This document shows positions 26,868 through 35,519 of a stretch of DNA of 64,000 bases, piece by piece. Origin of the DNA: an uncultured Acidobacteriota bacterium (GTDB lineage Bacteria > Acidobacteriota > UBA6911 > RPQK01 > CBDAPI01); NCBI GenBank assembly GCA_964565865.1, contig CAZMGM010000004.1, positions 1,050-65,049 of the forward strand, given 5' to 3'. How positions within the stretch are numbered: the first letter of the stretch is position 1; each line of letters starts with the position of its first letter. The notes below the pieces were generated by a model. The model was not told where the DNA came from. It searched no databases and saw only the letters and a program-made list of their open reading frames with translations. The translations under genes were made by a program, and so were the position numbers.

Positions 26868-28493
26868 TCATTGGATTTGGGACTTGGTGCTGGGCTGGAA
26901 CATGCACCCCTCCACGAAAATATCAAAGAAATCCTCCGTGGTCTCCAGTTCGATGTGTTCGATCTCTTTCGCCGTCTTTTCTACCCACTGACGCAGGTCC
27001 TTCGACAGCAGCATGAGCGTGGCCCCCTGCAGAGCAGCATTGCCGACCTTCACTATTTTCTCCTGGGAAACATCAGGGATAAAGCCGATTCTGCGGGCAC
27101 TCTTCACGTCGATGTAATTGGCGAATCCCCCGGCCAGATAGACTTTGCTAATTTCTTCCACGGCCACGCCGAAGCGGCGGCGCACGATGTGCTGCCCACA
27201 GAAGTTAGCTGCCTTGGCCTGGGCCAGAGCGCTGATGTCGGCCCTTGAAAGGGACATCCCCTGGCCCGGAACAAATTCAAAGGCCTGACGATTGTCCGTA
27301 AAGACGCCCAACTTAGTCATGGAGCCGGTGCGCCGCAGCTCCGCCAGCAGATCGATCAGACCAGAGCCGCAGATTCCCAGAGGAGGGGCGTCCCCGATGG
27401 TGCGCCATTTCACATTGCCGTCCTCGAGCTTGACTGACTCAACTGCCCCTTCATAGCCGGGCATGCCATAGGTGATTTCCCCGCCCTCGAAAGCCGGGCC
27501 CGCTGGACAGGAGGCTGCCATCATGCGGTTTCGGTTGCCCACCACGATCTCCGTGTTGGTTCCCACATCGATGAGCATGACCTCGTCGTTTTCCCGGTCC
27601 ATGCCAATCGCCAAAAGGTCCGCCGCCAAGTCGGCCCCCACGTGAGAAGCGATCAAAGGCCCGCCGTAGATGTTGCCCTTGGGAAAAATTCTGAGGCCCA
27701 AATCACGGGCCTGCACATTGAGGGCAGTCGTGTCCCTTTTTCCGTCAAGCATTTCGTGTTCGGTGACCGACTTATAGGGCTTCTCGCCGATGGACTGGAC
27801 ATCGAAGCCAAACAGGATATCCCGCATTGTGGAGTTGCCTACCACGACCATCTCGTAAATCTGCCTCCTGGGGATTCCCGTTCGCTGACACATCTCCCGA
27901 ATCTCAAAGTTCAACCCGGACAGGATCGCCTGCTGTAGTTCACCGTGGAACTGGGTTCCGTCATAGGAGATGCGGTTCATGATGTCGCTTCCACCGAAGC
28001 GCTGAGGGTTTTCAAAAGAATTTGTGTGTAGCACGTCACCATTCTTCAAGTCGACCACATTAAAGACGACCGTGGTGGTTCCCAGGTCAACCGCTAGCCC
28101 TAAAAGGTTGCCCCGATATCGATCGATTCGAGTCTCCCGATCGTAGACATCGCCGTTGCTTCGTCTTATGAGAGGGTCGACTCTTACCTGGCGATGAATC
28201 GAGTCACTGAGGATCTTGGGTTCCCTTCGCAGCAGGGAGAATTCGACGTCGGCGTCGGGATTCTTCACCCGAGCCTGACAGGCAAGCCGGTAGTTCCCAC
28301 GCAGGAAGCTCTCTGCGTGGGTGGGTTCGCAAAGGGCTTCCATTCCCTGCCCGATCTGGACCACGCATTCATGACACTCACCACTGCGTCCACAGGAGGT
28401 AGGCACTCGAACCTCCAGCTCGTCGGCGTAATCAAAAATGGTTCGATTGACGACCAGCTTCAGCTCCTGGTCATCGTGTCGGATTCGAGACAT
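26868..28493 (-). CDS. RACo-type reductive activator of corrinoid proteins (N-terminal plant-type 2Fe-2S ferredoxin + ASKHA ATPase domain)
   Basis: CGRSGECHECVV…LACQARV (Cx5Cx2C…C), linker, then GLAVDLGTTTVV (ASKHA phosphate-1) and a DUF4445-like remainder. Confidence 0.8.
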   Translation of the reverse strand: MSRIRHDDQELKLVVNRTIFDYADELEVRVPTSCGRSGECHECVVQIGQGMEALCEPTHAESFLRGNYRLACQARVKNPDADVEFSLLRREPKILSDSIHRQVRVDPLIRRSNGDVYDRETRIDRYRGNLLGLAVDLGTTTVVFNVVDLKNGDVLHTNSFENPQRFGGSDIMNRISYDGTQFHGELQQAILSGLNFEIREMCQRTGIPRRQIYEMVVVGNSTMRDILFGFDVQSIGEKPYKSVTEHEMLDGKRDTTALNVQARDLGLRIFPKGNIYGGPLIASHVGADLAADLLAIGMDRENDEVMLIDVGTNTEIVVGNRNRMMAASCPAGPAFEGGEITYGMPGYEGAVESVKLEDGNVKWRTIGDAPPLGICGSGLIDLLAELRRTGSMTKLGVFTDNRQAFEFVPGQGMSLSRADISALAQAKAANFCGQHIVRRRFGVAVEEISKVYLAGGFANYIDVKSARRIGFIPDVSQEKIVKVGNAALQGATLMLLSKDLRQWVEKTAKEIEHIELETTEDFFDIFVEGCMFQPSTKSQIQ

Positions 28494-28544
28494 GGCTCCG
28501 TAGCTCCCTTAAACAAACGTCCGCTTATTTATAAAAGAGAGTAC

Positions 28545-28796
28545 TTACTCTACTTCCCAGGCACTCCGGTAGTCTAACTTGTCGCTGCCGGTGCAGATGG
28601 CCAACTGGTCGCGGCCGTCCTCGTAGCGCTGGTAGCGGCAGCCAAAGCGGGCGGTGCAGCGGTCATCCTTGTTCTTGTAGGGACAGCGCCACTGTGAAAC
28701 TTCGTTGGCGGTTTGGCCGATGTCCTGGTAGATCTCCCACAAGCGGTCGAGACTTCTCTGCAACTTTGCTTTGTCAGTTTGCGCATTGGAAGACAT
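28545..28796 (-). CDS. small hypothetical protein, 83 aa, four Cys (possible metal-binding)
   Basis: ORF in the same orientation between the corrinoid-2 and RACo genes; …WRCPYKNKDDRCTARFGCRYQRYEDGRDQLAIC…; no known family recognised. Confidence 0.45.
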   Translation of the reverse strand: MSSNAQTDKAKLQRSLDRLWEIYQDIGQTANEVSQWRCPYKNKDDRCTARFGCRYQRYEDGRDQLAICTGSDKLDYRSAWEVE

Positions 28797-28869
28797 CGGA
28801 CGACTCCCGTCTTTCGGGTATTCAGTGTGCCGGTAACAGCACTAGTATTCTACCAGCCGTGGTCCGAAG

Positions 28870-29667
28870 TTATTCCTCAACCGAGGAGCCGGCCGTTGCT
28901 TCTTGTGGAGGGGCAACAGGCGAGGACGCAGATTTGTCCTGGATACCTAACAGCTGTTTGGTCTTTTCCACGCAGGCAATCGCATCCTTGCCGTAGCCGT
29001 CCGCTCCCATATCGTCCGCGAATTCCTGGGTGACAGGGGCTCCTCCGACCATGGTCTTGACCCTGCTCTGGAGCCCCGCTTCTTCAAAAGCCTGGATGGT
29101 CTTCCCCATGTTGGGCATGGTAGTGGTCAGCAAGGCCGACATTCCCACCACCTGTGCACCGTGCTCCATGACCGCGTCGATGAACTCGTCGGGCTTCGTA
29201 TCCACTCCCAGATCCTCAACCGTGAAGCCGGACCCACGCAGCATCATGATGCACAGGTTCTTGCCAATATCGTGAAGGTCGCCCTTGACTGTCCCCATGA
29301 TTACAGTACCCAACGGAGGGAGGTCAGAGGCCGAGAGAATAGGCTCCAGGTGGGCCATGCCAGCCTTCATAGCTCGAGCTGAGATCAGAACCTCGGGAAC
29401 AAAAATGATGTTGTCTCGAAACTTGACACCGACCAGAGCCATCCCCGCAATGAGCCCGTCATCCAGCACAGTACTTGCCTCAAAACCCTCGTCTAGGGCC
29501 TGTTTGCTCAACCGGTCCACATCGTGCTGATTGCCTACGATGAGGGCGTAGCTGATGTCCTGCATTAGTGGATCTGCCCCTTCGAAAGTCGTACTGATCC
29601 GTTGCAACTCGTTGGGCCGGGTCACATGAACCAGCTCCTTAATGAGACCCTCATTTACGATCGGCAT
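28870..29667 (-). CDS. corrinoid (cobalamin)-binding protein of a methyltransferase system, copy 2
   Basis: AAGGAG 6 nt upstream of ATG 29667 (MPIVNEGL…); GDLHDIGKNL DxHxxG; about 70-75% identical to copy 1 with a Pro/Ser-rich C-terminal tail. Confidence 0.85.
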   Translation of the reverse strand: MPIVNEGLIKELVHVTRPNELQRISTTFEGADPLMQDISYALIVGNQHDVDRLSKQALDEGFEASTVLDDGLIAGMALVGVKFRDNIIFVPEVLISARAMKAGMAHLEPILSASDLPPLGTVIMGTVKGDLHDIGKNLCIMMLRGSGFTVEDLGVDTKPDEFIDAVMEHGAQVVGMSALLTTTMPNMGKTIQAFEEAGLQSRVKTMVGGAPVTQEFADDMGADGYGKDAIACVEKTKQLLGIQDKSASSPVAPPQEATAGSSVEE

Positions 29668-29717
29668 TCTCTTCTCCTTCACAGCCGGCCGTTAGCCTCG
29701 GCCGCTTTCCCAGCCTC

Positions 29718-30761
29718 TCACGATTCCAGGCGCCCGTCCCTCCAGGCCTGTATGTAGTTGACGCAGAATTCGTCTTGGCCCAGTAAAACCTCGCGGGCCA
29801 AACGGATCCCCTTCGACTCGATGTCCAGATCCAGGATCGCTTCGATGTCGCACTGAACCGGATCGATGATGCCACTGTCAATTCCTGCTTCCAGACTCAG
29901 GTGAATGAACGCTAGATTGATCAGCTTTCTCTGGGGCAGTCCAAAGGAAACATTGCTTAGCCCACCCGTTATATGAACTTCGGGCCCGTAAAGCTCCCGC
30001 ATCTCGGTCACGGCATCCAGGTAATGCTGGCCGTAATCGGCAGCCACCGAGATCGGAAATACCAGGCCGTCGATGTACACGTCGTCCAGCTGAATCCCTC
30101 TGGCTTCTACCATATCCATCAGCTGCTTCACGTTGGCTACCCTTTCAGCCGCGTCGGAAGGCATGCCCTCAGCTCCCGCCGCAGTCACGATGATCCTGGC
30201 GTTGTATTGTTCTACCAGATCCAGGGTCTGTGGTCGCTCCAAGGCCAGAGAGTTCAGCATGGGCCGACCGGCCCGGCCGTCGTATTGAGCCAGACCTGCT
30301 TCAATGATCTCGGCATTGGAAGAGTCCACGCTGAGCGGAATCGGAGACACCTCCTGAACGGTCCTGACCAGCCACTCCATGGCCCGTTTCTGGACATCTA
30401 CCCGATAGGACACTTCGTCTACGTTCAAATCCAGAAAGTGGGCTCCCGCATCAACCTGTCGTCTGACGCCGTAGTGTACGTAGTCCTTCGCCTGCGCCTG
30501 ATCGTCGGGGTCGTCACTGAGCCCCTTGTTCACCGCAATCATGTAGTGCTTGACATGACCTTGCTGATAGGGCTGAGTCTCTTTGTAGCTCTCGGGAATG
30601 GGCATGAGGCGCCTCTCCCCCGACTCCCCGCGAAACAGAACGGCTTCCGTCCCATCTTCGAGGGTGGTCACACGGATCCCCTTCACCAAGACGACCCGAG
30701 TGGCGTGGATGTTTTCTCCAATAATGACAAAATCCCGGGCCGATTCAACGATTCTTGGCAT
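29718..30761 (-). CDS. pterin-binding methyltransferase (methyl-tetrahydrofolate:corrinoid methyltransferase, AcsE/MtrH/MtvA-like)
   Basis: IIGENIH N-terminal pterin-binding signature and TIM-barrel DHPS-like remainder (…DGLVFPISVAADYG…GGLSNVSFG…). Confidence 0.75.
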   Translation of the reverse strand: MPRIVESARDFVIIGENIHATRVVLVKGIRVTTLEDGTEAVLFRGESGERRLMPIPESYKETQPYQQGHVKHYMIAVNKGLSDDPDDQAQAKDYVHYGVRRQVDAGAHFLDLNVDEVSYRVDVQKRAMEWLVRTVQEVSPIPLSVDSSNAEIIEAGLAQYDGRAGRPMLNSLALERPQTLDLVEQYNARIIVTAAGAEGMPSDAAERVANVKQLMDMVEARGIQLDDVYIDGLVFPISVAADYGQHYLDAVTEMRELYGPEVHITGGLSNVSFGLPQRKLINLAFIHLSLEAGIDSGIIDPVQCDIEAILDLDIESKGIRLAREVLLGQDEFCVNYIQAWRDGRLES

Positions 30762-30798
30762 GACGAAGACGATCTAAGTGATTACTTTACTTAGGAAA

Positions 30799-31836
30799 TC
30801 AGTTGGAGTGTTTTTTGCACCATTCTTTGACAGACTTGGGTATCTCGAGCAGATTTTCGAGTCTGGTTGCCAGGGGAATGGCACATTCGGGAGCGATCAA
30901 ATTTACCCCGGCATCCATGCATGCATTGACCGCCTCACGCACTTCTTCGGGTCCGCGAGCATAGAGCAGCTCGGGATTATTGAGGTTCCCCACCAGCTGG
31001 ATCCGTCCGTCCGCAATCTCCATGGCCTTCTTCGGATCGTTTTTGGAGTCGAAATGGAAACAGGCCATCCCTGTCTGGGCGATGAAATCCAATCGGTCAA
31101 GAGTAGCCCCGCAAATGTGCAGGATGAGCGGGCATGGGATCCGCTCCACTATTTCCTTATGGAGTTCCAGCAGAAACTTCCGGTAATACTCTCCACTCAC
31201 GAGATCTCCGGTTGCGTGATCCGGAAAAGTAAGAGCATCGGCTCCGGCTTCGATTTGTGCATTGGAGAACAGAACCGAGATTTCCGTGAGGCGCTCCAGG
31301 CACTGCATGGTCCTACCCGGATCATCAATGCTCATGAGCAGAAACTGCTCGACTCCGAAGACGTGGTAGGCAAGTGTCCAGGGCCCCATCGCTTTCCCGA
31401 TAATGGCAGCTTCGTCCCCGTACTCCTTCTTTAAAATAGACAGACAGTCAAGCACGCAGCGATTGTCCGGGTGGGTCAGAAAATCCTTGGGGATGTGAAC
31501 GTCTTCCGGTCCTTCCCAGATGGGCTTGTACATGCGTACGGTGGGCCAGTTGTCTTTTACTTCCCATTGCATTTCACAACCCAGGGCCGAGGATTCTTGA
31601 ATGATGGTGAAGACCGGCATAATGCTGTCGAAACCTAGCTCGGTGTACCCCGTTGCGGCCAGTCGGGCATTCAATTCGGGATCTCGGCAGGCGTCCGGAA
31701 ACGGAGCGCCCACCAAGTCCATCAACTCGACGGTAGCCACATTCGTAGGATTGGATATGGGCGGCCTGTCAACTGGTTTGCCAGCCAGAGCATTGAGAAC
31801 CCGGTCTCGAGGTTTCATTGTTTCAAGAAAAGCCAT
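30799..31836 (-). CDS. MtaA/MtbA/MtsA-like URO-D-family methyltransferase with zinc-binding motif
   Basis: MtaA-like N-terminus …RVLNALAGKPVDRPP…; ILHICG (His-x-Cys) and a downstream APECAIP Cys as in methylcobamide:thiol methyltransferases. Confidence 0.8.
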   Translation of the reverse strand: MAFLETMKPRDRVLNALAGKPVDRPPISNPTNVATVELMDLVGAPFPDACRDPELNARLAATGYTELGFDSIMPVFTIIQESSALGCEMQWEVKDNWPTVRMYKPIWEGPEDVHIPKDFLTHPDNRCVLDCLSILKKEYGDEAAIIGKAMGPWTLAYHVFGVEQFLLMSIDDPGRTMQCLERLTEISVLFSNAQIEAGADALTFPDHATGDLVSGEYYRKFLLELHKEIVERIPCPLILHICGATLDRLDFIAQTGMACFHFDSKNDPKKAMEIADGRIQLVGNLNNPELLYARGPEEVREAVNACMDAGVNLIAPECAIPLATRLENLLEIPKSVKEWCKKHSN

Positions 31837-31888
31837 TAGGAGTTACTCCTCAACAATTGGCATCGTGGCGAACCAGTGGAGCCAATGA

Positions 31889-32581
31889 TCACATGGGGCT
31901 GAATCCAGCGGTTCCGGTTGTCAGCTGTCCCCGCATGGCTGACTCCTCCAGCATTGTTTCCACCGCGCTGATGTTGCGCGAGTAGGGGAGCAGAAGCCTG
32001 AGTAATTCATCGTGGCGTTGTCCGCACTCAAACGCAACCAGATTCTCTCCTGCTTTCTCCATTTCGCCGTAACGGATGAAGCCTGCCTGCAGGGCCGGAA
32101 GTCGCCAGGGAATTTTTTCCGGATCGCCGGCGGCAGAAATCCGATAAACCCAGCGGTCACCCTGGCCACTGCCCTCAACGTTGATCGTCAGGTCAGTTTT
32201 GGTGTCAGGTATCGACAGCGGCCCTTCAGGATGCCTGTAGTCGGGCGATTTCTCGACTGCCTGGGCCAGCAGGAACTTGAGGGGTCTGGCATGCTGGGAG
32301 CCACACCAGAATCTCGCCTGGTCGTTGGTATCCTCGACCACCTCCAGGCCACCCAGCTTGATCAGCTGATCACGAATGTTTCGAATCCGCTTTGTCGCAC
32401 CGTCCTTCTGGCTATAGGTCCAGACCGTTAGAATGTTGCCTTTCCGGTAAAGTCCCACCGTAATGTCTTCGAAGTGCGGGTCCATCGAAATCAACTCTAG
32501 GCACTTTCCGTACCGCTCGACAACATCAATCACCCGAAGGCTGTGCTCCTCTCCTGTTTCTACCATAAGGCTCTCCTCCAT
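31889..32581 (-). CDS. hypothetical protein (230 aa)
   Basis: ORF in the same orientation immediately upstream of the mtaA-like gene; no recognisable domain. Confidence 0.5.
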   Translation of the reverse strand: MEESLMVETGEEHSLRVIDVVERYGKCLELISMDPHFEDITVGLYRKGNILTVWTYSQKDGATKRIRNIRDQLIKLGGLEVVEDTNDQARFWCGSQHARPLKFLLAQAVEKSPDYRHPEGPLSIPDTKTDLTINVEGSGQGDRWVYRISAAGDPEKIPWRLPALQAGFIRYGEMEKAGENLVAFECGQRHDELLRLLLPYSRNISAVETMLEESAMRGQLTTGTAGFSPM

Positions 32582-32608
32582 TTGGATCTGCCTCTACGAG
32601 AATCTCTG

Positions 32609-32959
32609 CTATTCAGAAATCCATCCGTCCGCAGCACCCGGGTAGGGGTTGCGCTCTCCCGATTTCTGTAGACTCCGAACCCGGCTCACGAAGTCTTCTG
32701 GGAAACCTTGATTGTAACGATCCGCCAGCTTCACAGCCGCCTCGGCTGCAGTAGCTTCCACTGCAAAGTACTCTCCCCAGGCCCATCCATTCAGATAACT
32801 CTCCGAGTCGAGGCTTCCATCCAGCATGGCTAGCCGGTCGATCCCTTCCTGGAAACGGCCGGCAAGTGGCTGTGACACCTGCCCGTGCTCGTCCTCAGTT
32901 TGGACCTGGACAGGAATCTCCTTCCAGTAAAGAACCCGCGCCTTCGTACTCCTTTTCAC
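32609..32959 (-). CDS. hypothetical protein (116 aa)
   Basis: ORF in the same orientation with a 27-nt gap to the next gene; …VLYWKEIPVQVQTEDEHG…; no confident family. Confidence 0.5.
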   Translation of the reverse strand: MKRSTKARVLYWKEIPVQVQTEDEHGQVSQPLAGRFQEGIDRLAMLDGSLDSESYLNGWAWGEYFAVEATAAEAAVKLADRYNQGFPEDFVSRVRSLQKSGERNPYPGAADGWISE

Positions 32960-33250
32960 GAACAGAGGCCCATGTCTATAGTAACTCTCCTTCTTGTTTC
33001 CCCACCCCCAGCAAATGACTTTCTATTAATGGAAAGAAAGGCTGAGTGGTGCCCATTCTGTCAGGCTCCGGCGCAAAAGTACGGGGGACATACTACATGA
33101 ATTTCGGTCTGGTTTCCAAGCAGCCTGTGGGACTCTCACCACGGGCTGCAAAGGCAGCCGAGTTCCTGACGCCACTTTAAAAAAAGGGGGCGGGACTTCA
33201 CATTTCCTTACCAACTAACGGATAATTGCATCTTCTGGCGGAGGTGAGAA

Positions 33251-34003
33251 ATGAGTTTTCGACTGGATGGGCGTGTTGCCCTGGTAACCGGAGCAGCCAC
33301 GGGCATTGGCGAAGCCACAGCCCGGAGACTAGCAGATTACGGGGCCAGGGTTTGTATCGTGGACATCGATCCCGAGGCTGCCTCAGAGGCCGCCGCTCGA
33401 CTTTCCTCGGCGGGGCACAAATCCCAGATCATTACTGCGGATGTCTCTGTCCCGGAGGATGCCGAGAGAATGGTTCTGGAAGCGCTGGAACAACTCGGTC
33501 AGATCGACATCCTCGTGAACAACGCGGGAATTGCCGGGAAAAGTGCCCCGTTATGGGAACAGACCGATGAGGACTGGGGGCGGATCGTGGGCATCAATCT
33601 GCACGGAGTGTTTTATTGTTGCCGTGCCGTGGTCCCTCATATGCGGGAGCGAAACCAAGGACGAATCATCAATGTTGCCTCGATTGCCGGCAAGGAAGGG
33701 AACCCCCTGGCTACCCCCTATTCGACTACCAAAGCCGCTGTCATCGGGCTCACAAAGGCGCTGGCCAAGGAAGTTGTCGCTGAAAGCATCAGGGTTAACT
33801 GTGTTGCGCCGGCGGTGATCCAAACCCGGATCCTGGATCAAATGAGTCAGCAGCACATTGACTACATGGTGAGTAAGATCCCCCTCGGGCGGGTGGGAAC
33901 CCCCGAAGAGGTAGCTGCTGTGATCCATTTTCTGGCCTCAGACGACTCCAGTTTTGTGACCGGCCAGTGTTACGACGTCAGCGGTGGCAGAGCCACCTAT
34001 TGA
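33251..34003 (+). CDS. SDR-family oxidoreductase (FabG-like)
   Basis: GGAGG RBS; TGAATGIG Rossmann motif, NNAG, catalytic S…YxxxK. Confidence 0.85.
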   Translation: MSFRLDGRVALVTGAATGIGEATARRLADYGARVCIVDIDPEAASEAAARLSSAGHKSQIITADVSVPEDAERMVLEALEQLGQIDILVNNAGIAGKSAPLWEQTDEDWGRIVGINLHGVFYCCRAVVPHMRERNQGRIINVASIAGKEGNPLATPYSTTKAAVIGLTKALAKEVVAESIRVNCVAPAVIQTRILDQMSQQHIDYMVSKIPLGRVGTPEEVAAVIHFLASDDSSFVTGQCYDVSGGRATY

Positions 34004-34018
34004 AGGGGGAGTGGTGAT

Positions 34019-34987
34019 TTACCCCTGATCGTCAGTGGAGGCCCCAAAACGGCGTGACAGCAACCCGGCTTCTTCAATGATTTCCGCCACCAGTTCCTCC
34101 TGGCGATAGGCCATGACATGAACACCCGAGACTCCAGGGATCTCGCTCACCTGCTGAATGATCTCAACACAAATGTTTCGGCCTTCCTCACGCTGATTCC
34201 CGGTCGGAACCGATTTCAAACGCTGGATGATCGGGTCTGGAATCACGACACCGGGAATATTCGTTCTGATCCACTCGGCGGCCCCGGCAGACCGCAAGGG
34301 ACCCACCCCAACCAGTATGAAGACCTGTTCATGGATTCCCAGGTCACGGACCGCCGTCATGAAAGTCTCCAGGCGGGGAACATCGAAACAGTACTGGGTC
34401 TGGATAAAATCGGCACCTGCCTCGACTTTCTTCTTTAGCCTCAGGGGGCGGAAGTCGAAGGGCGGAACGAAGGGATTGGCAGCAGCTCCCAGAAACAAAG
34501 GTGGTGGTGTTTCCAGCTTCCGGCCACTCAAGAAGCGGGATTCGTCGCGCAGGATCCGGGCGGTTCTGAGCAGAGTCATCGAGTCGAGGTCGAAAACCGG
34601 TCGGGCGTCGGGCTGGTCGCCCACCTGCACGCCGTCGCCGGTCAAGCACAGGACGTTCCGTACGCCCAGTGCGGCGGCACCCAGCAGATCTCCCTGAATG
34701 GAGATTCGATTGCGATCCCGGCAGGAAACCTGCAAAACGGGCTCATATCCCGCCTGGGTGAGAAGGGAACAGACTCCCACGCTGGACATGTGTACATGTG
34801 CTCCCGAGGCGTCGGTGGCGTTGATGGCATCACAGACGGAAGCCAGCACCAGGGCCCGATCATAAACCTCATTTGGATCCGCCGTGTCGGGAGGATTCAG
34901 CTCGGCAGTCACGGCAAAGCGACCCGACCGCAATACGTGCTCAAGGCGCGAACCGGCTCGCATTCTGGTTTTCTCCATCATTCCCAC
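34019..34987 (-). CDS. metF: 5,10-methylenetetrahydrofolate reductase, acetogen-type large subunit
   Basis: MTHFR TIM-barrel sequence (…FAVTAELNPP…LCLTGDG…FIQTQYCFD…); the start could be ATG 34978/34981 (TGATG coupling with metV) or GTG 34987. Confidence 0.8.
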   Translation of the reverse strand: MGMMEKTRMRAGSRLEHVLRSGRFAVTAELNPPDTADPNEVYDRALVLASVCDAINATDASGAHVHMSSVGVCSLLTQAGYEPVLQVSCRDRNRISIQGDLLGAAALGVRNVLCLTGDGVQVGDQPDARPVFDLDSMTLLRTARILRDESRFLSGRKLETPPPLFLGAAANPFVPPFDFRPLRLKKKVEAGADFIQTQYCFDVPRLETFMTAVRDLGIHEQVFILVGVGPLRSAGAAEWIRTNIPGVVIPDPIIQRLKSVPTGNQREEGRNICVEIIQQVSEIPGVSGVHVMAYRQEELVAEIIEEAGLLSRRFGASTDDQG

Positions 34988-35427
34988 CCAGGTGGCGGGT
35001 TGCCCTTACCGGCGAAATCGTTCACCCAGGCGGAAGTCCCTTCGAGTTGACGATTGAGCGGGGGTAGAACCTTGAGTATTTCCGAACCGTTGGAGGGCAT
35101 TCTCTGGGATCGCTCCCAGGCCTCGACCCAGACGCAAGGCATGTCGGGAACGATCTCGCAGTGCCCATTGGTCCGTACTCCTCCACAGGGACCGTTCCGC
35201 AGGTTCTTGGGACAGGTCATGGGGCAGGTCATTCCCGTCACGTGCAATACGCACTGGCCGCACATACGGCAATCAAACACGATTCCCTTGCCGACTCGTT
35301 CGGCGTAAATCAGGAAAGATTCCACCCAGCCCCCCGGCTTCAACCAGGGGCGAAAAGGACGCAGCAGTTGACGGGTGGCAGAATACGCCAACTCAAGAAG
35401 ATGAGGATACTCCTGTAGGATTCTCAC
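34978..35427 (-). CDS. metV: MetV-like small subunit (MTHFR_C Cys-rich domain)
   Basis: Cys-rich CRMCGQCVLHVTGMTCPMTCPKNLRNGPCGG typical of the MTHFR C-terminal/MetV domain; overlaps the metF start. Confidence 0.7.
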   Translation of the reverse strand: MRILQEYPHLLELAYSATRQLLRPFRPWLKPGGWVESFLIYAERVGKGIVFDCRMCGQCVLHVTGMTCPMTCPKNLRNGPCGGVRTNGHCEIVPDMPCVWVEAWERSQRMPSNGSEILKVLPPLNRQLEGTSAWVNDFAGKGNPPPGWE

Positions 35428-35519
35428 CGTTTTTTCTCCACTGTCCAGAGTCGCGTTTTCGACGGGCTCACCGCCGGCAGTCTAACAGCCCGTGGTTAGA
35501 GTCGTGCTTCAGCGCACTT

